Shown: positions 19,331 through 31,800, counted from the stretch's first letter. The stretch: 34,398 nucleotides of DNA from Nemertoderma westbladi (GCA_032718475.1 JAUCBJ010003191.1:1-34398); one strand, 5' to 3'. The notes: generated from the letters alone by a model not told the origin. Numbers and translations: made by a program.

Positions 19331-20334
19331 TAAAGGAGATCGGTTTAAACCAAAGTGATAAAGTAACATTATTATATAACATAATCATATAGACAAAGTA
19401 GAATGAGATACAGATTCATAATTATTTTATCAAACTCATGTACTACTTACTTCAATGTGCCAATTGTAATAATAATTAAACATATTATTCCGATTTATCT
19501 GCGTTTGGCCCTATAAGATATTATGCTGAAGTGTTTTATATCAATATATCCATGCGAGTAAACAAGAAGTGAAGTAAATGTTTATTATTATAGTTTTAGA
19601 AATTGAATGATATACCCAAGATAGTGAAATAAATAATTTACCACAAATTGCCATTTGATCAGATATATCAAAGCGGTGTCTTTAGTATAATACCGTAATA
19701 GTATTAATTAACTCTGTTATACAATGTAAATATACTAAATCTACTTATAAATATATTATGAGCCCTACATTGTATATTTCTCCTACAGGTAGACAATGTA
19801 GATATTAAAACTTGATATAATTTGGTATAATGTATAACATATTACAAATAAGACTGAGGCAGCTAAACTATATTGCAAAGAAATCAAATATCCTAAAGTA
19901 ATATACTAGACCCTCCCTCCACCCTATAAATAGTGTTCACCACCTACCCCACCCACCGCCCTTATTACTTCATAATAATGAAAGATAGTACTGGCGCTCC
20001 GGTCACTCCGTTCCCTCCGCTGGGGGGGTTAAGTTGTAGCTTTTGACACTATGCAAAATCCGAGCACAGAGTTAGAAGCGCATTGGATAGGTGAACATTT
20101 TTTGCAGTGAAAGTATTTCCATACCTATTATAGTTTTCGAGATAGTCAGACATGAGTAGCTAAAATTTGAATTTTTTTCGGTAAAGTCTGATTTCACCGG
20201 TACCTGTCATCCGAAATATGGATTGTGATATATCGTTAAATGCGGGTCCACTAACTGTACATTCACATATTTTCAAGGAAAAAATTCGATCAAGCGTTTT
20301 CGAAATATTTTCGAATTACCGGAAGCAGACTTTG

Positions 20335-21560
20335 GACGACTATATCTCCGGTACCGGTAGGCCTATTGAGTCGAAATTTTTTTTAATCTACTTAGAACAC
20401 TCCATTGAATGTTTTTTAGTTTGAAAGTTTTGCCCCAAAATGCTCAGAAGTAATTTCGAAAAAAATGATCATTTCGCGATCATGATCTTTTGACCCCCTA
20501 GAATTGAACTTTTTTATGGTCAAATTTTGGCTACCCCCCTAATTCGAGGGTGAGGAATCTTTTTGTAATGTTAAGTTTTTTCATACGGTGAACTCACAGG
20601 ACTTGGTCTTCGAAATAAAACCGAAAACATGATCTTTCGTGATCATGGCCTGATCAAATCGCTTTTTAAAAATTTCGAAATGCTTAAAAGTTGCCCCTTC
20701 TTAATAGAAGTCGATTAGTAAAAAAAAAATCGGGGGTCTCAAACAAAGTTTTCGAGAAAATCGGGAAAAAACGAAAAACACGATCTTTTATGATCAGGTA
20801 TCAGATCTCGAGAACCGGTTGTCCGATCGAGCCAATTTTTTTTTTAATCAACTCAGAATAGACCATTGAACATTTCTTACAATGAATGTTTATTAGAAAA
20901 ATGCTTAGATTCGATTTTAAATATACTGATCTTTTCGCGATCATGATCTTGAGTTTTGACCCACTAGACTTGAACTTTTTTATGCCCAAATTTTGGCTAC
21001 CCCCCATAATTCGATGGTGAGGAATCTTTTTGTGATGTTAAGTTTTTCCATACGGTGAACTCCCAGGACTTGGTCTTTGAAATAAAACCAAAAACACGAT
21101 CTTTTCTGATCGCGGCCTGATCAAATCGTTTTTTGAAAATTTCGAAATACTCAAAAGTTGCCCCTTCACCATAGAAGTCGATTCGTAAAAAAAAAATCGG
21201 GGGTCTCAAACAAAGTTTTCGAGAACATCCAAAAAAACTAAAAAATCTGATCTTTAATGATCAGGTATCAGATCTCGAGAACCAGTTGTCCGATCGAGCC
21301 AATTTTTTTTTTAATCGACTCAGGGCGGTGTTCTGAACGTTTCCTACAGTAATTGTTTATATCAAAAATGCTTAGTTACGATTTTACGAAGTCCGATCTT
21401 TGCGCGATCATGATCTTGGTTTTGACCGGGAAGAATTCACTTTTTTTAAAATCTTTTAACGGGAATCATGACTAATGTGGGGTCGCTGAATCTTTTTGTA
21501 ATGTTAAGTTTTTCGATTGGAGCAAGCCTTGAGTGTCCGATTGCTGATCAAAACTGATCT
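20335..21560. repeat. About 2.5 tandem copies of a ~465-bp unit, probably the interior of a non-autonomous DNA element (~19990-21840)
   Basis: cgcgatcatgatctt occurs at ~20476, 20936 and 21403. tgatcaggtatcagatctcgagaacc occurs at 20791 and 21258. Confidence 0.75.
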
Positions 21561-22149
21561 TTGCTGATCATGGTCAAGATCATGATCTGACACCTCCAAA
21601 AAAAGCTCCTTGAATGTAAACCCATATGCTGCCTATCGATTGGCGCCGGTCCCAACTCCGTAGCATTAGCCGTTTTGGCTGTAGCTCCATAGCAACGTGG
21701 TTGCTAGGGAAGCGGACTTTTTGACTCAAATTGGCCCTAGCCGGAGAACCGTAGACTTTTTTAACACATTATGTATGGCGAAAAGTCTTCTGGATAAATT
21801 TTGGGGGGGGGGGGGGGGTCTAGGAACATCCTATTGTTCGTTTTCGCTTAGTTGCTGAGATCCTCTCGTCCCCCAAATCCCAGGATTCTATAAAGGCATT
21901 CTGCTGGACTAGTTCCGTGGCCGGAATAGTGTTCGGTGTTCTGCGAACAGAGAACCTAATCGGTTTAGGGCCCTGACCGTCCAGCATTAGTGCGTATGTA
22001 AATTATGTACATTGGTACGTAATTATAACTACCTACTCCTAAATATTATGTATGTTGGTATGTTCGTACCCATCAGTTTGTATCAGTTTGTACCACCCCC
22101 CCCCCCCCCCCCCCCCGGGGGGGGGGGGGGGGTTGGTTGTACGGCCCTG

Positions 22150-23355
22150 GTTGTCGTAGGGGCGGGCATGAGTCGCTGTTAAATAGATGATAAATGTAAG
22201 TAGGTGAACCCCCGCAGTATTTGCAGGTGCAAAAAAAAAGCAAACAGTCGGCCGAAGCCGGAGGCGACCCGAAGGCTCCTCTTTCGATAGCTGCTACCCG
22301 AGGGTAGGGGTGGTCGCTACTCCTATCCCAAGATTTGCTCCCAGTTATTTAACTGGTACTCATTTTATCGACCCCAGTGGATGAAAGGCTGAGTGGACCC
22401 TGGCGGGGCTGAACCTACAACCAATAGATTGCAGGCCCGGCGCTCAACCAACTGAGCTACCCCGCCGTTAATGATTGCGGATTTTGATTTTGATTTGCAG
22501 GTACAATCATCGGATAATTCGTGGAATTGTGTTTTAATGTTACATAGTTTCCAATGGAAGCCATGAACGGTTAATCTTGAAATTAAATGTCGCTTTCTTC
22601 GTCCGGCAGTGCAAGTGATCCAGGTGTTCTTGTGAAACTTGTTGAATAATGACGGGAATTTATCGTTGAGATCTTCGATATACGTTTTGCATCCGACCAT
22701 TTTCAATGCAACAGTAGAAGAGGCGTTTTTAGGAAGTCCCAGGAGTCTTTTAACGAAAGTTGTTTTAACTTTATATATTTCTTTCAAATTTAAAAGTGTA
22801 AAATATGGCGCAATCTCTGGGAAAGCATAACTAATCATAGGTTCCAGTTTCAATTGATATTAATTGGAGATATTTGAGGCAGCCAATCGCAGCAAAAGCT
22901 TTCCTCTTTTTCTTGTTGATGTGTTTTGTGAAGACTAAGGACGGTTGCATTTTGACCCCGAGATATTCATATTCGTAATAGAGTTCAATTTCCTGTCCTG
23001 CATAGTTGAATACATCATCAATGGCTAAAATCTCCCTCCCTTTCGGAATTTAATAATTTAAATTTTTGTTAATTTCACCTGCATTAAGTTGTTTGTAGAA
23101 GTACACCATCAGAGTAGTTCATCAAGTCCCTTTTGGATATCTGATTTTATTGACGAGTAGAATTCAAGGTCGTCGGCGAAGAAAATTTGTTTTAGGGTTA
23201 GTGTTGAGAGTTTTATTCCATCAAATATTCTAATTTTATTCTGGAGAAGTGCCTTCGTTAAATTAAATAGCTTCCCCTTGATTCCGAATAGAGAATATAG
23301 TTTGTACATAGAGCAGTATCCTTCTGTCGACGAGATCAAAGGTTTTCCGGAAGGT
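22150..23355 (-). pseudogene. Decayed non-LTR retrotransposon reverse transcriptase and Cys/His C-terminal domain
   Basis: Recognisable motifs include FRKTFDLVDRRIL, IFFADDL, YLGVKMQPSL, EPMISYAF and HGFHWKLC..FHE..DCTCKYC..YH. Internal deletions and frameshifts are present, and the clade is not determined. Confidence 0.8.
22232..22466 (-). mobile_element. tRNA-derived SINE (copy 2)
   Basis: Near-identical to 16486-16720. The TSD ATTTGCAGGT(G/A)CA lies at 22219-22231 and 22493-22505, and the SINE splits the LINE motif CTC|KYC. Confidence 0.8.
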
Positions 23356-23550
23356 CATCCTCAACTCTGCCCCCCCCACAATTGGATCTCGCACCTCGCA
23401 CTCTTCTCTTCCCCCCCCCCCCTCCCAAACTCTCGCACCTCCCCCCCATGCTCCTCTGATACTCAACCCCCTTTTACTTTCACTCTCCATACTCCTGTCG
23501 GGTTCCCACATTCTCATTTCTGTCGTCGCACTTGAGAAATGGGATCCGTC

Positions 23551-23699
23551 TGTGATGGGATCTGAGATCCCGACCGGGTAAGATTTATACGCGTCACTTG
23601 ACTGCTGGTCTGCTGGGCTAGTGTTCTTTTGGCCGAAGGGCGTTGGGGAAAAATAACAGAGTTTGTGTTTCTCGATGTTAATGTTCCAAATGATAATAA
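23551..23699. repeat. LTR-terminus-like repeat, partner of 28607-28710
   Basis: TGTGA(T/C)GGGATCTGAGATCCC...gttccaaatgataata is shared between the two. This copy has about 43 extra nt. Confidence 0.55.
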
Positions 23700-23759
23700 C
23701 TGATAATTGATAATATTTGATAATATTTAATAATAATTGATAACTGATAATAACTAAAT

Positions 23760-25490
23760 AATTGATGACTCCTCCATACGATATAGCTGTCGCTACCTCC
23801 TGATATGTGAATGGCAGTCTCCTCTTGATAATCTCCTGATGGGCTCCCGGATTGCTATTAAAGAAGCCCCACCGGAACTCCTGGGCCTTCATCCTCTGCC
23901 GTGTCATGACACCGACGTCGGCCCACTCCTCAATGATCTTGAACTTCTCTTCATCGTCCATCCAGTCGCACTGACGCCTATAGTGCCCTCGATAGTTGCA
24001 CTTTGAGCATTGGTTGTGCAGCCTCGGACATGCACCCATCCTATGGGTCGACTCGCGGCAGTAGAGACAGGTCGTCCCCCTCTGGAATCGATACAAACAG
24101 CTCTTTTCCTGGTGGGGTTAGTCTCCCACACTACTCACAGCCATGTATCAACGCGTCCCGCCCCAAGTCGTCCTTTGCCCCATGCGGTCTCCTGGGTCTA
24201 TGGAGCCGCTGATAGGCAAACATCTGGACGCTGTGGTCCCTACCCATATCGACATCTTCCTCCACCCTCGGCATCGTCTCCCCAAACACTACCCGTGGTG
24301 CCATTCCCGGTTGCTCTCCCAACCTGATCGTACTTGCCGCGAAATCCATCGCATGCTTCTCATGCTCCCAGGCCCGCTTGCCGGGTTTGTCCCAGAAGGC
24401 TCTCGCCCCACTGGCCATCACCACACTCCCGCCCACCCAGTCCTTGTCTGAGTGGCCGATCCTATCAATGGGTGGCATCTCCCCGAACTCGTCGTCATCC
24501 CCTCCCTTGATGGGAGTGGATCCGAACCTGGTAGCCCGGTAGATCCACTATGTCCCTTTCCACCTTGGTTTCCACCCATAACTTTCCACCCTTCCTGCTC
24601 CCTCAGTCTCTTCCTTGCAAAGTCGCCCTCAGAGCCCCCTGTTATGGGCATTACTTGCAGTCCCGATGTCGACTGTTTCAGTGATCCCTCCATCCATCCC
24701 AGTTCATCCTCCAGAAACTCGCCTGAGGTCTCCGATCCCCACCTCAGCTCGTCCAGGTTCTGGACTTCAAACTCGTATTCCTCCCCCCCTTCTCTCTCGT
24801 CTGCCTCCCTCCTTTCTCTCCTCGCGACCTCCTCCAGTCTCCTCTCCTCGACTTTGTCCGCTTCAAACTTCTTCCACCTCTTGTACGGTGTGCCACCTCT
24901 CTGTCCACTAGGTGTCGGCTATCATAGTACACCGACTCGCCCTTCAGTCCTGGGTGGTATACAAGACCTTTGAAGGCCACCTTAAAGGCTCTCCTGTGAT
25001 TTAGAGGTGCTCCTGATAGCAGAAACGCCATCGGCTCTCTTCCAATAACCACAGCCATGAATAGTTTTAATAAACCTATCATTATCCAATCCTCCTGTAA
25101 GATACATCTCTTCTGATATATCTTTATCGCTCCCTTTCGGAACTGATATACCTCTTGCTTCCCTGGCCTCGCTCCCCATTTCAGCGAGTTCACCAGTTCC
25201 GCTCCGTACTCCTCTCGGAACTTGCCCCAGTCCATCGGCTTGTGGCAGATGAGCCCCATGAGCTGGCCCATCGCCACTGCTCCACAATGTCCCGTGCCCA
25301 CTCCTTGCTCCTCCCGGAACTTGCCCCAGTCCATCGGCTTGTGGCAGATGAGCCCCTTGAGCTGGCCCATCGCCACTGTTCCACAATGTCCCATGCCCGC
25401 TCCTTGCTCCTCCTGGAACTTGCCCCAGTCCATCGACTTGTGGCAGGCGAGCCCCATGAGCTGGCCCATCGCCACTGCTCCACAATGTCC
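23760..25490 (-). pseudogene. Frameshifted ORF of unknown function with an acidic/charged middle and tandem CCHC zinc knuckles
   Basis: The co-directional ORF pieces 24744-25475, 24418-24693, 24131-24478 and the 5' part of 23263-24096 chain together. CLYCRESTHRMGAC and CSKCNYRGHYRRQC both fit CX2CX4HX4C. Confidence 0.65.
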
Positions 25491-25491
25491 T
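25213..25491 (-). repeat. In-frame 99-bp (33-aa) near-triplication
   Basis: ggaacttgccccagtccatcg recurs at 99-bp spacing. The homologue at ~17510-17590 has a single copy. Confidence 0.9.
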
Positions 25492-25517
25492 GTGTTATTA
25501 TCCTATCTACCTTCCTA

Positions 25518-26780
25518 TGTGGCGCCCTCAGTGCCCACAACTTCTATGGTACTATGTACCCTGCTACTACTATGGTATCCGTACATACCCTTCACTTACA
25601 CTCACTACGTGGCGCCCTCAGTGCCCACAACTTATACGGTACTATGTACCCTACTATTGCTACTATGGTATGCCTACATACATACCCTTTACTTTCTTAC
25701 TACGTGGCGCTCTCAGTGCCCACAACTTCTACAGTACTATGTACCCTACTACTGCTACTATGGTATGCCTACATACCCTTTACTTTCTTACTATGTGGCG
25801 CTCTCAGTGCCCACAACTTCTAACTTCTACGGTACTATGTACCCTACTACAACTTCTATAGTATACCTACATACCATACCCTTTACTCTCTTACGTGGCG
25901 CCCTCGGTGCCCACAACTTCTCTGGTACTATGTACCCTACTGCTAGATTCGTTACATGGTTTCTCCGCCATCGCAACTCCGTACACTCTCACCTAATTGG
26001 TGGGGCCTTACAAAGGCTCAATCCAGGTAAGAGGATCGTCAAACAGAGTAATATTTGTTCCGGTCAGTGATGGCCTACCTCTTATGTCACGTTTTGATGT
26101 ATTTTCTGCTCCCCTACATCTACTTCCTCTACCTCTACTTCCTCTACATATACTTCCTCTACATCTTCTTCCTCTATATCTACTTGCGGTATGCGTACAT
26201 ACCCTCCTGACTTCCTCACGTGATGCCCTCAGTGCCCACAGGTTTCTCACTCTCCATACTCTTCGGCTACGGTATGCGTACACATACCCCCCCCCCCTCA
26301 CTTCCTAACGTGGCACCCTTTGTGCCCAAATCTACTACTCCCTACATGGCACCCTTTCTGCCCATCTCTACTACCCCCAGCACCCTTTGGCTGGGGGTAG
26401 GTGGCACCCTTTGTGCCCACCTCTACTACTCCCTACATGGCACCCTTTGTGCCCATCTCTACTACCCCCAGCACCCTTTGGCTGGGGGTAGGTGGCACCC
26501 TTTGTGCCCACAACTTCTACTACTCCCTACATAGCACCCTTTGTGCCCATCTCTACTACCCTCAGCACCCTTTGGCTTGGGGTAGGAGGCACCCTTTGTG
26601 CCCACCTCTACTACTCTCTACATGGCACCCTTTGTGCCCATCTCTACTACCCTCAGCACCCTTTGGCTGGGGGTAGGTGGCACCCTTTGTGCCCACCTCT
26701 ACTACTCTCTACATGGCACCCTTTGTGCCCACCCCTACTACTCCCCAGGTGGCACCCTTTGTGTCCACCTCTACTACTGC
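25518..26780. repeat. Two minisatellite blocks (25518-25940, ~90-105-bp unit; 26310-26780, ~30-bp subunits in a ~90-bp higher-order repeat)
   Basis: gtggcgccctcagtgcccacaacttct and tggcaccctttgtgccca.ctctactac recur. A related single unit lies at ~18440-18490. Confidence 0.85.
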
Positions 26781-26879
26781 ACCCCTCGACTACGGTATGC
26801 ATACATACTCCCCCTCAATTCCTTACGTGACGCCCTCAGTGCAGTCAAAGATGCGTATGCTAAATTACCCTAGGAGCTA

Positions 26880-27060
26880 TGTTAACCTAGGCAACGTTTA
26901 ACTACCTACACCTTTGCGCATACACCTCGGCACGTCCGTACCCTTCTCTGTCCAACCTATTGGACCACTCAACAACCTAAGGGCCACCCCTCTATCACGT
27001 ATCTCTCCCATCTTCCCCCTCTAGCTCATCTTACTTTCTACCCCATTCTCTTCTTCTAAT
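26880..27060 (-). pseudogene. Highly decayed C-terminus of BEL/Pao pol (DUF5641-like)
   Basis: Across frames it reads RRREWGRK*DELEGE...GWPLG...RVRT...VVKRCL, resembling R.KW....L..GD...WPLG...VR...KRP...L. Confidence 0.45.
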
Positions 27061-27123
27061 CCTTCTTGTTTCTGGTGGGACATTCTCTGCCCCTCTCGCC
27101 CTCCGTCGGGTGCCACGGATCCC

Positions 27124-28600
27124 TTAACTCTCCGCGCGCACTATCTGTCGACGCTCTATTGTCTCGATTCCTTGTCTTCTTGGTTGTCTATATTGCGGAT
27201 ACTGTAATGGGGGAATGTCACCCTGCCCCCCCCCCCCCCCCACCGGTGTTATGTTTGGTACTGGGGTTAATGTTAATATATTGGGGCCCATCCATCTATC
27301 TGCAATCGCAGTTCGTCTTATCTCGTTGCACATTATCGTTCTTGTGGTCCGTAATGTTCTCTTGTTCCTGTATGTTCTTGGTTGTCTATATTGCCTATCT
27401 GCAATATCCCCCACAACCGGGTATGCATATCATCCCGCATACGCTTTCCCGCTCTCTCTCTCTCTCTAGCCTCCCTCATACTTTGGTTGGCCAATTCTGC
27501 CTCCCTCTCATCCCGCCCTCTACGCTTGTTCACCTCTCTTGCCCCCGCTCCTTGTGCTCATTCATCTCTCTTGCCTCCCGCTCCTTGCGCTCGTTCATCT
27601 CTCTGGCCTCCTGCTCCTTACGTTCATTATCTACTCTCGCCTCCTGCTCCTTGCGCTCGTTTTCTACTCTCGCCTCCCGCTCCTCACACTCGTTTACCTC
27701 TCTCTCCTCCCGCTTCCTATAGTTTCTCGCCACCCTCTCGGCCCTCTCTTTACACTCTCTTGCTAATTCTCTCTCCCTCTCTAATAGTGCAGTTCCCTCA
27801 TCTAACTGCCTCTCCAGTTCCTTTTTGCCACAATGTCTAGTTGACACACCAGATATATCTCTAACACCCTTCTTGCTTTCGCGGACGATGTATCGGACTT
27901 GTCGGTCGCGATGGACTCCCGTCGCCTCTCTGTCCTGCTAATTTTCCCCCGTTTACTGGGGTTCCTCTAACCGACGACACCAAATCCTTGGGGTTAACCT
28001 CGGATTCGCCGTCATGCGGGTCCGCCCATCCCACTAACTTAATTCCCCTAGCATCCACTAAGTAATGCCCTACGTACACTACGTCTGGTTCCATTACCTC
28101 GGACCGCCACAATTCAATCAGTTCCGTGGCGACCCCCCTCGCTCTCTCACCTGCTAGTTCTCCCTGTCCAAAACGGACTAAGTAACGGAAATGTTTATTC
28201 GACTCACCTAGCCTCTGGTATAGTTTAGGCTGGTCTACCTTTCTCACCTTCTTGGCCTCTTTGAGTAGTTTTTTTGTGGCGTTGTACGCCCGTCGTAGGC
28301 GATCATTCGTCCCGACATCCTCCTCATTGACTCTACCTTCCCTCCTCGTCCAGCGTCATACCGGATCGTTAGCTTTCCCTCCTCATAGTTGTCTGCTGCC
28401 TTCCGCTTGGGTAGTCAGATCGTCCCTCATTGGTGAATCCGGGGTGGCTGGCCAGTACCGTCTCGTCATGGCCTCTCGGATCGTTTGGTTGGTGTCGCCC
28501 GGGGTCCGCGGCGGCGTTCTTTCTCCCTCTGATTCTCGGGGCGTTTGTCCTTCACTCTTCTTGGTGTGTTGTGGTCACAGTTCTCGTTGTAAGGATAGTT
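27124..28600 (-). pseudogene. Decayed N-terminal gag-like region with 33-nt E/R repeats, related to the gag at 33.7-33.9 kb
   Basis: 27195-27305 is homologous to 33735-33850 (GGGCCCCAATATATTAACAT..poly-G..CAGGGTGACATTCCCCCA). It contains ARxxNERKEQE repeats and stop codons. Confidence 0.6.
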
Positions 28601-28606
28601 TTTAAC

Positions 28607-28710
28607 TGTGACGGGATCTGAGATCCCAACCGGGTAAGATTTATAAGCGTCACTTGACTGCTGGTCTGCTGGGTGTTTGTGTTTCTCGATGTTAATGTTC
28701 CAAATGATAA
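28607..28710. repeat. LTR-terminus-like repeat, partner of 23551-23699
   Basis: It starts TGTGACGGGATCTGAGATCCC and has few substitutions relative to the 23551 copy. Confidence 0.55.
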
Positions 28711-28742
28711 TAGCACAGAATCAGTTACAGTATATGATCGAA

Positions 28743-28843
28743 ATCGCAATACAGAATAACAACAGCAGTGTGTATAGTGATGTTACTAATCATTGATTAG
28801 TAACATCACTATACACACTGCTGTTGTTATTCTGTATTGCGAT
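28743..28843. repeat. Perfect 101-bp palindrome (50-bp arms, 1-nt centre)
   Basis: 28743-28792 is the exact reverse complement of 28794-28843. Confidence 0.97.
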
Positions 28844-31800
28844 CTAGGCGTCAGCACGTCTAGTGACTCAGGGTCATCATTCTCCGGATATAGCGGTCTG
28901 CTATTAATGATACCCTCACACTTCGCAAGTACTGTTCTCAGAACGTCCTCTGTGACCATATGGGTGTTCATTAACTTCGTCATGAGACGCTTCGAACTAC
29001 CCACCAGTCTCTCGACGCATCCTAACGTATGTGGTGCATACGGCGTCCTTCTCTCCCACTTTACTTGTCGTCGTCTCATGGCTGCCCTGACTTCCTCCCA
29101 TTCCAAGATGTCCAAGGCCTCTGCCATCTCGTTCTCTGCCCCCACAAAATTGGTGCCGTTGTCGCTGTATATCACTGCGATCGTCCCACCTTTGCGGTCT
29201 CTGAATCTCTCTAATGCATTAATGAATGCTGATGCGGTTGCATCTTGGGCGAGTTCTATCCCTACCGCCCGTGTGTTGTTACATACGAAGATAATGCCAT
29301 AGCGTTTCTCCGTGTGTCGCATCACTTTGATCTTTATCGGCCCGAACATGTCCACACCGCAATGCGTAAATGGTGGGTCGTGCTGTCTTACCCTACTCGC
29401 CGGTAGTGGCGCCATCTCCTGTATGGCTCGCTCCTTCTTCGCTCGTCGGCAGGTCTGGCACTGCCCCACTACCGCTTTCACCTTCTTCCTCAACTGCTTG
29501 ACCCAATAGGTCCTCCTTATCTCCGTGAGGGTTTGGTTGGTGCCCCCATGCAATATCGACTTGTGGGAGTCCCAGATAATCTGGTGGACTATTGGCGATC
29601 CTGTAGGGATGATGATGGGCTTCGGTGGTACGACAATACTGTTGTTGTAACCCACCCTAGAGTTCATTACTAGAATCCCGTCATCATTAAGTTGTGGTGA
29701 CAGCGTGATCAGCTCGCTGTCCCGTCGAAGACGCTGTTGCTTACCGACGCGTTCCACCTCGTCGCCATAGTTCTTCCGTTGTTCATAGCGGATGACTGCT
29801 TTGGCCGCTCCTTCCAGATCTATCGTTGTCCCGATCTTCTTGCCTCTGTCAACTCCCGCGAGGAAATTCCCGAAGGCTCTCCAGTACGCCACTAATTTCT
29901 TGGTCTTATACCAGCTAGAGCTGTAGCTGAGGAGTTTATCCGTCGGGTTATCGCACAGTTCTTCTGGTTTGGGTCGCACGTCCCTTATCTCCCTCACCAT
30001 CTGGGAGTATATCTCTTCTCCCTCTGAATCTCCTTCTTCTCCCTCTGATACTACTTCTGAGCCCGGATCCACCTTTCTCATCGGCGGCCAGGCCTCCTTA
30101 TCGCTCAGAAATTGTGGCCCATGTTGCCACAATACTTCCTTCTTCAAGAAAGCATGGCGTACCACGCCCCTCGACAACAAGTTCGCTGGGTTCTCGTCCG
30201 TTGGGCAGTAGTGCCACCTTTCCAGTTATGTGGTCGCCCTTATTTCGTCCACTCTATTTGCGACGAATATTGGGTATCGCGTTTTCTCGTTATGTAGCCA
30301 GCCAAGTACTACCATGGAATCCGTCCAGTAGTGTGCCTCCACTATGTTTGGTATTGTATCCATTAGGTAGGTCGTGGCCCTAACTCCTACTTTCGCAGCT
30401 GTCAATTCTAGTTTGGGAACCGATGCCGAATCTGGTGGTGTTGACTTCGCCTTGCTGAAGGCGAGTCTGGGTTTATGAGCCCCCTCTCGTTGTTCCTCTT
30501 GCTGCTCCGTATGCCTCTAATGATGCATCGGAGAACATGTGTAGGTCCAGGCTCGTCATATTTCCGTCCGGGAAATACACTCGCGGCATGCTGTATGTTC
30601 CCATCTGCTCCAGGCTCTCCGTCCACTTATGCCACTGCTTTCTAATCTCTTCCGGGACCTCTGCGTCCCATTCGTCCTTTAACTTGTATACTCTTTTGAG
30701 TATCTGTTTTCCCGTGACTAGTAATGGGGATGCTAGGCCTAGGGGATCGTATATCCTTGCTATGTACGACACATAGCCCCTCTTTGTGTGGATGTCTGCG
30801 CCCTCCTGGCTTAACTGGTACTTCAGTTCATCTGTCTCTTTGTCCCACACGATTCCCAGTGCCTTCTGTTGAGACACTATCCTCTTGTTTGCCATGTCCT
30901 GCCCCTTTGTTGTTGTGGGATTATCCATGGTCGATTCAGGTCTCCTATCCTCTATCGCCTTGATAAATTCCTCAGAACTGGATTGGAATTTGGTTAGGTT
31001 AAAGCCGGATCCCTTAAGGATGTCGCGAACCTCGCGCCCTGTGTCCAGCAGCTCCTTAACCGTATTTCCAGACTCCATCCCGTCGTCTACGTAGAAGCCG
31101 CGTCGAATCATGTCGACGGCTCTAGTGCTGCATTTATCTTCCTTTCCCTTCACCGTGTCTCTTACCACCATAGTCATTGTAAATGAAGACGACTTGGCTC
31201 CCATATTATGTACTATCATCTTATACATCAGTATGGTCGATGGTTTCTCATCGCCGTCGTACCATAGGAAGCGTTGACTGTCGCTATCCTCTTCCGTCAC
31301 ACGGACTTGGTTGAACATGCCTTCTATGTCACATGTGAAGGCGTGTTTCCCATTTCTAAATCTAAGTAGGACCTCTATCCCTGAGTTGTAAATGTTGGGA
31401 CCCTCTAGTAGATAGTCGTTTAGACATTTTCCGTTGGTCTTTGCCGACGCGTCCACTACCATCCGTAGTTTACCTTTCTTTGGATCTAAGGCCACGTGGA
31501 GTGGCAGGTAGTAGGTCCTATCCGTGTTTGGTTCGTCGACCGGTAACTCCACGGCCCATCCTTTCTCGACGTACTTCTTGATTGTCTTGTGGATATACTC
31601 GTTTTTCTCGGGGCTCCGTTTTAATGTCTGCTTTAATTTGCGAAGCCTCGTGAGTACCATCCCTCTGTTGTCGGGTAACGGTAGCTTCCATACCATCCCT
31701 ATGGTATATCGCCCCTCATCGCATGTCATCGATTCCTCCACGCTTTGTAGAGCCTGCTTGTCTTCTACCGAGGTCCCGACCCCGGTCTCCTTTAGTCCCT

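Noticed and set aside
22096-22149. LINE with a poly-C tail or poly-G target specificity
   Set aside because: The G run belongs to the MITE inserted in the LINE. The LINE's real stop and AATAAA are at ~16269-16277.
23263-23760. C-terminal half of the 277-aa ORF as part of the CCHC protein
   Set aside because: It is a chance read-through across an AT-rich repeat, the LTR-like fragment and the LINE remnant.
25518-26780. CRISPR-like array
   Set aside because: The sequences between the repeats are themselves repeated rather than unique spacers, there are no cas genes, and the context is eukaryotic.
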